A DNA stretch of 64,000 bases. Source: an uncultured Gemmatimonadaceae bacterium. Its GTDB lineage: Bacteria; Gemmatimonadota; Gemmatimonadetes; Gemmatimonadales; GWC2-71-9. Positions 50,001 through 56,682 of the stretch are shown in pieces. The stretch is from assembly GCA_964596925.1 (NCBI GenBank), contig CAZQWQ010000028.1:28947-92946 (forward strand), in the 5' to 3' direction. The first letter of the stretch is position 1. Every line of letters begins with the position of its first letter. Both the position numbers and the translations under genes were made by a program. The notes beneath the pieces are model-generated. The model worked only from the letters and a program-made list of their open reading frames with translations. It searched no databases and was not told where the DNA came from.

Positions 50001-52213
50001 ATGTTGAGCGTCGAGAACGTGGCGATGCCGGCGACAGCCGCCACGGTCTTGGTGCCCGACAGCACCGCCCCGCCGGTGCCTGTGCCCGCGGTGATGGACA
50101 TTGTGATGTTGCCGACGAATTGCGCGGAGCGGTTGCCCAAGGCATCCCGGGCGGTCACCAGCACCGCAGGCGAAATCGCCGCACCGGAGGTCGTGCCCGT
50201 GGGTTGCCCTGTCATGACCAGCTGCGTCGCGGCTCCCCCACCGATGTCGAACAGATCGCTCGTCGTACCCGTGAGGCCCGCGGCCGCCGCGGTCAGGGTG
50301 TAGCCGGTTCCGGCCTTCTCGATACTGAGCGTCGAGAATGTGGCGATGCCGCCTGCAGCAGCAACCGTTAATGTCCCGGACAACGTGCCGCCACTGGGAT
50401 TCGTGCCGATGGCCAGGGTCACATCGCCCGTAAAGGACGTCACCGTGTTGCCGACAAAATCCATCGCCGCGAGCTGAACGGCGGGGGTGATGGCGGCCCC
50501 AGCGGTCGTCACGGCAGGCTGGACGACAAAGCCGACCTGTGTCGCCGCGCCGACGACGATGTCGAAGCCAGCGCTCGCCGCTCCCGTCAGGCCCGTCGCG
50601 CTTGCCGACAGGGTGTATCCGCTTCCCGCCTTCGCAATGCTGAGGGTCGAGAAGACGGCGACCCCTGCGACGGCCGGGACCGTGGTCGTGCCGGACAGGG
50701 TGCCGCCCCCAGGATTCGTGCCGATGCCGAGCGTGACGTCGCCCGCGAATCCGATCGCCGTGTTGCCCAGCCCATCCAGTGCAGTCACCGCAACGGCGGG
50801 CGCCATAATGAGACCGGCAACCGTATGGCTGGGCTCTACGGTGATGACGAGCTGCGACGCCTGCCCGGGCGCGATATCGAACGAGGCGCTGGTCTCTCCG
50901 TTGAGCCCCGCGGCGGTCACCGACAACGTGTACCCGGTGCCGCTCTTGTCGATGCTGAGCGTCGCGAACGAGGCGACGCCAGCGACCGCGTTCACGGTGG
51001 TCGTGCCTGACAGGGTCCCGCTCGCGGGGTTGGACTCGATGGCCAGCGTCACGGTGTTCGCGAAGCCCGTCACGGTGTTGCCGCCGGCGTCGGTCGCGGC
51101 GACTTCGACCGCCGGTGCGATGCTCGCCCCCGCGATGGCGGTCGTGGGCCCGACCGTAAACGTGAGCTGCGTCGCTGCACCGACCGCGATATCGAACGAT
51201 GCACTAGCGGCGCCCGTCAGACCCGACGCCGTCGCTGCGAGGGTGTACCCGTCTCCCGCTTTGTCGATGCTGAGACCGGAGAAGGTGGCGACGCCGCCGT
51301 TCGCCGGCACGGTCGCCGTCCCGAACAACGTGCCGGCGCCGGGGTTCGTCCCGATGGCCACTGTCACGTCGCCGGTGTAGCCCGTCGCGAGGTTCCCCGA
51401 TCCATCGAGCGCACTCACTTCGATCGCGGGTGCGATGGCCTCGGTGGCTGTCGCGTTCGTGGGCTCTACCGTGAGGATGAGCAGAGCGGCAGCTCCGGGG
51501 ATCACGTCGAACGCGGCGCTCGTGGTGGCCGGCAACACGGCGGTCGTCGCCGTGAAACTGTACCCGACGCCCACGATGTCGAGGCTCAGAGTCGGGAACG
51601 TCGCGACGCCGGCGACCGCCGTCACGGTGGACGTGCCGGTCAGGGTGCCGCCGACGGGATTCGTTTCGATCGCGACGGAGATACTGCCGACGAAGTCGTC
51701 GGCCGTGTTGCCCAAGGCATCGCGGGCGGAGACCTGGACGACGGGATTGAACTGCGTCCCGGCGGCGAGGGTGCTCGGCTCAACCGAGAACGCCAGCTGT
51801 GTCGCCGGCCCTGCGTCGATCGTGAACGTGGCGCTCGTGGCCGAGCTCAGACCCCCTGCCGAGGCCTGAAGCCGGTAGCCGGCGCCGGAGCGCTCCAACG
51901 TGAGGTCGTCAAACGTGGCGACGCCCCCGACCGCGGTGACCGTCGTCGTCCCGCCCAACGTGCCGCCGCCGGGATTCGTCTCGATCGAGAGGGTCACGTT
52001 TTCGCCGAAACCAGTCACGAGTTTTCCCGAGGCGTCCTGTGCTTCGACCACGATCGGGGTGAGGGTCGTTCCCGCGAGGGCGCCGGCTGGGTCGGTTTGG
52101 AACACGAGCTGCGTTGCGACCGGCGGCGCGTTGCTGTCGGCGGAGCACGTGGCGATCAGCAGAGACAGCCCGACAAGGGCGGAGCTACGGAGCAGAGCGC
52201 GAGCGATGGCCAC
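47060..52213 (-). CDS. Giant surface lipoprotein (1717 aa) made of 16 tandem Ig-like repeats; adhesin or S-layer-like
   Basis: N-terminal signal with a lipobox-like LLIATC. The rest is 16 copies of a ~105-aa unit (ATQLxFTVQPxxTxAGxxITPAVxVxAxDAxGNTVTxFTGxVTVAIGTNPxxGTLSGTxTVxAVAGVATFSxLSIxKxGTGYTLxA). No other domain is recognisable. Confidence 0.9.
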   Translation of the reverse strand: MAIARALLRSSALVGLSLLIATCSADSNAPPVATQLVFQTDPAGALAGTTLTPIVVEAQDASGKLVTGFGENVTLSIETNPGGGTLGGTTTVTAVGGVATFDDLTLERSGAGYRLQASAGGLSSATSATFTIDAGPATQLAFSVEPSTLAAGTQFNPVVQVSARDALGNTADDFVGSISVAIETNPVGGTLTGTSTVTAVAGVATFPTLSLDIVGVGYSFTATTAVLPATTSAAFDVIPGAAALLILTVEPTNATATEAIAPAIEVSALDGSGNLATGYTGDVTVAIGTNPGAGTLFGTATVPANGGVATFSGLSIDKAGDGYTLAATASGLTGAASASFDIAVGAATQLTFTVGPTTAIAGASIAPAVEVAATDAGGNTVTGFANTVTLAIESNPASGTLSGTTTVNAVAGVASFATLSIDKSGTGYTLSVTAAGLNGETSASFDIAPGQASQLVITVEPSHTVAGLIMAPAVAVTALDGLGNTAIGFAGDVTLGIGTNPGGGTLSGTTTVPAVAGVAVFSTLSIAKAGSGYTLSASATGLTGAASAGFDIVVGAATQVGFVVQPAVTTAGAAITPAVQLAAMDFVGNTVTSFTGDVTLAIGTNPSGGTLSGTLTVAAAGGIATFSTLSIEKAGTGYTLTAAAAGLTGTTSDLFDIGGGAATQLVMTGQPTGTTSGAAISPAVLVTARDALGNRSAQFVGNITMSITAGTGTGGAVLSGTKTVAAVAGIATFSTLNIDKAGTGYTLSAAASGLSGAISDPFDIAVGAATQLAFTAQPTATTAGATIAPVEVTAQDAGGNTVTTFTGDVTLAIGTNPGSGTLSGTATATAVAGVATFSTLSIDKSGTGYTLAASASGFSGATSGSFNINAGAADLLTITVQPTNTVAGQNITPAVEVTALDILGNVATSFTANVTVALGTNPSSGTLSGTKTVAAVAGVATFSTLKIDKAGIGYTLSASATGPTAAVTSTFNIVVGAASQLVFTVAPAASTTAGAIITPAIQVTAQDAAGNTVPTFSGSVTVAIASGTGTSGAVLSGTLTVGAVSGVASFSTLNINKSGTGYRLAATSSGVSAGTSSTFVITAGAATMLGFTVQPVTTVAGRSITPAVRVAAQDALGNTVTSFTSSITVAIGTNPSGGILGGTKVVNAVAGVATFSTLTIDKTGIGFTLSATRAGLTGATSTAFNITAGAATKLAFTVQPVSTAALAPITPAVQVTAQDALGNTATGFTSNVTVAFGTNPAPGSVLSGTKVVAAVAGVATFSNLSINLAGNGYTLMATGSGLTAATSASFDITTGATLVFTVQPTTTVAGVTITPAIKVTARDAAGATVTTFVGNVSVAIAAGTGAAGATLSGTTTVAAVAGVATFSNLSINKSSSGYRLAASANGFATGTSSTFTINAGTPTQLGFIVQPSNTPAGALIIPGVQVAVQDALGNRVSGISGSITVAIGTNPSGGVLSGTTTATINAGAASFPTLNINNVGTGYTLTATSAGYAGTISSSFNITAAASTSLAFTFHPSITTAGVNISPSVEVTAQNGTGGTVTSFTGAVTIMITAGTGANGAVLSGTKTRNAVAGVVNFNDLNIDKAGTGYKLSVTAAGVAGSTSNSFVIVAAPATQLVFSQQPTATAAGASITPAVEVSARDQFNNVDKNFTGNITVAIVAGTGAPGAVLSGTKVVAAIQGVATFSNLSINLIGTAYKLGASASGLPTKESSGFTIQ
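47063..52117 (-). repeat. 16 x ~315-bp in-frame tandem coding repeats
   Basis: I counted 16 units by segmenting the protein at the recurring A(T/S)QL...F(D/N)I(x)xGA boundaries. Unit 3 counted exactly as 105 aa. 32 + 16 x ~105 = 1717. Confidence 0.9.
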
Positions 52214-52514
52214 GTGACAGCCTCAGAATGGGGTTACGGCACACGGAACGACCTGATGGCGGGCACTTTCTGTGCCAAAGCACTTTACTTGGTCCGCCGT
52301 ACTCGCCGGCGCACGGCCGGGGGGAATTGTGGCGACCGGGCCACGCCTTGTGGTAGGAAATACCGCGCCGTCCAGCATATGCCCGAAAACCCCGTGAGTC
52401 GGATCACTCCCGCCGTTTTGACGACTGCGTACCTTCGCCGCTCCATCCGGCCAGTCGCCTCGAGTCACATCCCTCTCCCCGCGGCCGCCGAACGATCCTT
52501 CTGGAGGTGAGCGC

Positions 52515-53747
52515 ATGCTCGCGTCCCTACAACAGAGCGTCCCGGAACAATGGCGGGGAGCGCTGCAGTTTCTCGCGTCCGGCTTCACGTGGATTCTCGA
52601 CTGGCAGACCACCGTGCTGGGGTTCGCCACCTCCGGGGCGAGCCCCGGAGAGATCGCCGCCAAAGGCGTCCTCCTGTTGCCGCCGATCGCGTTGCTGGTG
52701 GCGGCGATCTGGTGCACGATGGCGTCGCTCTACACCCTCCCTTTCCGATCGGGACGGGGCGCGTTTCTGACCGCGGTGCTGCTGTCGTGGTGGGACGCCG
52801 GGCGCATGATGTGGTTCTACTGGGCCGGGCTGGTGCGGTGCGGGGTCGTGCTGGCGGGGTGGATCTGGGGCCTGGTGAAGCTCGCCGGCTCGCTGTTCGT
52901 GCGCCTCATCAAGTTCATCTTCACCCGGCCGTTCGCGCTGCTCGATTGGGCAACGCGGCAGTATTTCCAGCCCGGCGTCCCGTGGATCGCGTTTGGCTTC
53001 ATCCTCGTGTGGTCGGCGCTCGAAGCGACGATTTTCACGTTCACGCTGCGACCCACCGTCACCGAAGTGCTCGCCGATCTGACAGGCAGCGAGTTGTCTG
53101 GCATCGCCGTCAGTCTCATTCTCTGGCCGTTCCTCTTCATCCTCATTTCCGGGAGCTTCGCCGCGATCCAGGCGCTGGTCGAGGCGATTCGCACGCGCAA
53201 GACGTCTCAGATCGTGTCGATGGCCCTGGTCGAGGGGTTCGTGATGTTCTTCGAAGTGATGTTCCTGTACCGCGAGCTGATCGACGCGATCACGCCTTGG
53301 ATCGCGCAACAGACCGGGTTCCAGCTCGGATTCTTCTGGACCCTGACGCTCGCCTCCTTCGGGTGGATCGGGATCCGCGCCATGACGTGGTTCCTCTTCG
53401 GACGGTTCGGCACCCCGGCGCTGCTCGGGATTCTGGCGCGCCAGAACATCCCCGGCGCCCAGGGCGCGGGGGCGACTGCGACGAGCCTCGAGCCCGAGTT
53501 CTGGCGCGGCCCGATCGCCGCCCTCAAAGCCGAGGCGGAGTGGTTCAAGAAGGAAGCCCGGGAAGTGTTCGAGCTGCTTTCCTTGCCGGTGCTGCAGCTG
53601 CTCGCCGCCGGCGTCAACTTCGCCGTGGTAGTGCTGTTGGGCCGGCCCGTCTTTGCCCTGCCGTTCCGCAATCTGGAGCAGGTGCTCGCGAGCACGCCGC
53701 AGCTCGTCCCGAGCGTCAAGCACCCCGTGCCGGGAGCGACGACATGA
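52515..53747 (+). CDS. Hypothetical polytopic inner-membrane protein (410 aa)
   Basis: Strong SD (GGAGGTGA) 4 nt upstream of ATG 52515. About 8-10 hydrophobic helices rich in W/F. I recognise no family motif. Confidence 0.7.
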   Translation: MLASLQQSVPEQWRGALQFLASGFTWILDWQTTVLGFATSGASPGEIAAKGVLLLPPIALLVAAIWCTMASLYTLPFRSGRGAFLTAVLLSWWDAGRMMWFYWAGLVRCGVVLAGWIWGLVKLAGSLFVRLIKFIFTRPFALLDWATRQYFQPGVPWIAFGFILVWSALEATIFTFTLRPTVTEVLADLTGSELSGIAVSLILWPFLFILISGSFAAIQALVEAIRTRKTSQIVSMALVEGFVMFFEVMFLYRELIDAITPWIAQQTGFQLGFFWTLTLASFGWIGIRAMTWFLFGRFGTPALLGILARQNIPGAQGAGATATSLEPEFWRGPIAALKAEAEWFKKEAREVFELLSLPVLQLLAAGVNFAVVVLLGRPVFALPFRNLEQVLASTPQLVPSVKHPVPGATT

Positions 53748-54502
53748 AACGCGCCAGCGCGACTATCGCGCTGCTGGCCGTCGCGGCGTGCACCCCGGCG
53801 CCCCAGGCGAACCGGACGGCGTCCTCGACGCTCGTCATCGGGGTGGACGTCAGTGGATCGTTTCGCGACTCGCGGCTGTACGACGACGCCGTGGAATTCG
53901 CGGCGCATTACATCTACGCGCACCTGAATGGCCTGGGCGGGCTGCGCGTCCCGACCGCTTTGTTCGTGGGATCGGTGGGGGGCGCGCGACCGGGCGAGCC
54001 CAAGGCGTTTCACCCGATCAACGATTTCCAGAGCCGCACCGTCGACCAGATCGCCACGGACATCCGCACCTGGTTTCCGCCGACCGACCCCTACACCGAT
54101 TTCAATGCGTTTTTCCGGCGCGTGGCCGGCATGGTGAAGGAGCGCGGGCTGATCCTCGCCCCCCTCAACATCGTCGTGCTGAGCGACGGCGTGCCCGACG
54201 CGACGCCGGGCACGCGGCTCGCTGCGGGACAGGATCCCTATGCGGGGATCGACCTCGCACCGCTTGAGTTTCTCTCGCGCAGCGTGACGGTGAGGCTGCT
54301 CTATGCCAGCCCGACGGTCGGCGACAACTGGAAGAAGCAGATCCGACGCAAACGAGTCCGGTTGTGGACCGAGGAGGCGCAGGTGATGGCCGGCTGGCGC
54401 ACCCAGCTCAAACCCGATCTGCCGCTCGAGCGTCAGGCCGATCTGTGGAAATGGGTGCACGACAACGTCGACTTCCGGGTGCGGTCGGCGAACCTGTTCT
54501 AG
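53744..54502 (+). CDS. vWA-like domain lipoprotein (252 aa)
   Basis: ATG 53744 overlaps the upstream stop (ATGA). Lipobox LAVAAC, a MIDAS-like DVSGS in LVIGVDVSGSF, and a later VVLSDGVPD strand. The upstream part of track ORF 52550..54502 is an out-of-frame shadow. Confidence 0.7.
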   Translation: MKRASATIALLAVAACTPAPQANRTASSTLVIGVDVSGSFRDSRLYDDAVEFAAHYIYAHLNGLGGLRVPTALFVGSVGGARPGEPKAFHPINDFQSRTVDQIATDIRTWFPPTDPYTDFNAFFRRVAGMVKERGLILAPLNIVVLSDGVPDATPGTRLAAGQDPYAGIDLAPLEFLSRSVTVRLLYASPTVGDNWKKQIRRKRVRLWTEEAQVMAGWRTQLKPDLPLERQADLWKWVHDNVDFRVRSANLF

Positions 54503-54506
54503 CGAC

Positions 54507-54540
54507 GCCTGCCGCCGTTCGTGAGCGAGCGGCGGCAGGT
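54507..54540. terminator. GC-rich hairpin between convergent vWA-lipoprotein and Vps62-barrel genes
   Basis: GCCTGCCGCCGTTCG-TGAG-CGAGCGGCGGCAGGT forms a stem of about 15 bp including wobble pairs. It starts 5 nt after the + strand stop and is followed by TAT. Confidence 0.55.
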
Positions 54541-54591
54541 TATCAACGACCAGCCGACCGGAACGCGACGTGAAGGGACATCGTCGTGCAG

Positions 54592-56490
54592 CTAGAATCG
54601 GACGTAGTGACCCACCCACAGCGCGAAAAATCGGAGATGGCCGTCGCCGATCCCCACAGATGACCCGGGTCCTCCGGTCGAGTGATACCGGAGCCCCACA
54701 TCGAGGGCGACTCGGGGGCGAAGGTAGTACTCGAATCCCGCACCCGCCGTCCAACCAGGACCCCACCCCACCGTGAGGGTCCGTACGTCCGGCGTGATGT
54801 GAACCCGGGAGTCCCAGCCGTACAGCCCACCACCGGCGGTCACGTACGGCCGAACGAGAGCCTCCGGCCCGCGAACGACCAGATTGAGAGTGACCGGATA
54901 GACGAACAGTGCCCCACCCATGCCTTCTGACCGCTTGAACTTCTGGTATCCCCCCATCAGCTCGAACGAACCAAACCGCAACTTGGCCCAGAAGTTCCGC
55001 CACAAGGAGATTCCGGTAGACGAAGCGTACGGGACTGAGAAATCGTCGGTCGGGAAGCCGATATGTACGCCGAGGATCGGCGACCCCATGCCCTTTTCGG
55101 CCCAGCCACCTCGAGGCGCCAGCCCGAGGCGCTCGAGTTCCTTCCGCGTCAGCCTGCCGCGCGTGTCGTGTACGTAGCGTGGCGTGCGAAAGATGTAGAG
55201 GTAGTACCAAGGTTGAACCAGATCCTCTATTGCGGAGCGGAGCGGGCTCAGCCGGCGCACCTGATACGCGGGGTAGAGCAGCATCGGGGCGAACCGGTTC
55301 CAGCTCGTGTTGTAGGGAGCGCCGAACGGTGCGCGGTTGCCGATGTCCACCGCCTTGAACTCGGAGCCGAGTGAGGGGGCTGCTGGAAACCCCCACCGTA
55401 TCGGGAGAACGAACCACGCCCACGCCTTGAGCACATCCGGTCGCCGTTGATAATCGATGCGCGAGGGCTCCGGCGTAAGGATCACACGAAACTGGTCGTG
55501 GCGCACGACGCGACTCGAGTCACGCCCTGCCGGGCGCACACTTTCTGGTGCGCCGAGTCCCCCGGCCGCTTCCCACTCGCCGGCATACGGGTAGTGCCCG
55601 TGCGATCCCTCGTTGCGATCTCTCGCCAACAGCCGGATCGGGTAATCGAACACGTTGTACATCCGGCCGCCGACGTGGACCACGGGGTGGGTACCGTCCA
55701 CGAGCTCAGGATGGTACTTCCCTTGCGGCAGGGAAATGCTGCGCGCATGAAAGAAGTAGTTGACCCCGGCGACGCTCTCCCGATCCTCTGACACCACGAC
55801 GTCGACGTGCTCCCAGTCGCCCTCGTGATTCCCGATGAAGTCGTTGAACGGGTAGAAGTACCAGTATTGAACGACCAGTTGACCCGCGGGTGCGACGAAC
55901 GGGTGCGCGTACACCGTTGGCTCGGCCCAGCGCGCACTATCTGCTCCCGAACGAAATCTGGCGTACTCCACCCACCACTCCTTGGGATTGCGTCCGGGGA
56001 AGTCGAAATACCAAGCCGACAGTACAGTCGGGTCGCTCTGGTATCGAAACCCCGCCTCAACCAGATGGGCTAGTGAATCCGCGCTCAACTCGCCTATGGA
56101 AATGTTCACGGAGTCGTAGAACTGGTACGGCGCCGCGTGGACCATATCGAGCCGTAGTGTGTCGGCGTACAACCTGGCATCGGTCGGAAGCAAGCGGTAC
56201 GTGCGGCCACCCAGCCGCGTGAAATCCCCCGGGGGCAAGACGACCGTCGGCACGAAGCGTCGTACGAGCTGTTCGAGGTCGGCGCGGCGAGACTCCGCAA
56301 TGCCGTCGCCGTGTTCACTCTCGGCAACGAGCCCCCACAAGGAGTCAACCGCTCCGGGGGCACCGATGAGAGGAGGACGTTGATCCGGGCGAATGAAGTC
56401 GATGTAACTACCGCGGGGACCGTGCACGGGAATGCACGCCGCTACGGCAAGCGCGGCCACGCCGGCTCTACATGCGCGAGCGAGGGACAC
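54592..56490 (-). CDS. Lipoprotein with a Vps62-like (GDWEH) domain fused to a C-terminal small OMP beta-barrel
   Basis: GTG start and lipobox LAVAAC. YWYFYPFNDFIGNHEGDWEHVDVVV resembles the Vps62/DUF946 signature. The last ~170 aa show an OmpA/OmpW-like strand pattern ending HYVRF. Confidence 0.65.
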   Translation of the reverse strand: MSLARACRAGVAALAVAACIPVHGPRGSYIDFIRPDQRPPLIGAPGAVDSLWGLVAESEHGDGIAESRRADLEQLVRRFVPTVVLPPGDFTRLGGRTYRLLPTDARLYADTLRLDMVHAAPYQFYDSVNISIGELSADSLAHLVEAGFRYQSDPTVLSAWYFDFPGRNPKEWWVEYARFRSGADSARWAEPTVYAHPFVAPAGQLVVQYWYFYPFNDFIGNHEGDWEHVDVVVSEDRESVAGVNYFFHARSISLPQGKYHPELVDGTHPVVHVGGRMYNVFDYPIRLLARDRNEGSHGHYPYAGEWEAAGGLGAPESVRPAGRDSSRVVRHDQFRVILTPEPSRIDYQRRPDVLKAWAWFVLPIRWGFPAAPSLGSEFKAVDIGNRAPFGAPYNTSWNRFAPMLLYPAYQVRRLSPLRSAIEDLVQPWYYLYIFRTPRYVHDTRGRLTRKELERLGLAPRGGWAEKGMGSPILGVHIGFPTDDFSVPYASSTGISLWRNFWAKLRFGSFELMGGYQKFKRSEGMGGALFVYPVTLNLVVRGPEALVRPYVTAGGGLYGWDSRVHITPDVRTLTVGWGPGWTAGAGFEYYLRPRVALDVGLRYHSTGGPGSSVGIGDGHLRFFALWVGHYVRF

Positions 56491-56682
56491 TGAGCGCCCC
56501 TCTCACCTATGGGAGAACAGCCACCCGCCTACCGCCCAGACGGCCCACCCAGGCGCGACACTATCCCTGCGATTGAGGCTGCGCAAGCGCGCGGGCGGCG
56601 GTCCAGATTCGGCGGGCCTTTCCGGCCACCGAATTAACACGCAGATTCCGGATTCGTGCTCACCAGGGGTCGAGCAGGTCCT

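Noticed and set aside
47063-52117. The 16 x 315-bp periodicity as a CRISPR array, IS cluster or assembly duplication
   Set aside because: The repeats are in frame, diverged at both DNA and protein level, and encode a continuous Ig-like module series. There are no spacers, inverted terminal repeats or transposase genes.
52550-53743. First ~400 codons of the 650-aa track ORF 52550..54502 as part of one large protein
   Set aside because: This part is out of frame with, and fully inside, the SD-preceded membrane-protein gene 52515..53747. The real gene starts at the lipoprotein signal (ATG 53744).
53207-55423. 738-aa minus-strand ORF overlapping the membrane-protein, vWA and Vps62-barrel genes
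   Set aside because: It crosses a convergent intergenic hairpin and three better-supported genes in other frames or strands. Its composition is Arg/Pro/Gly junk.
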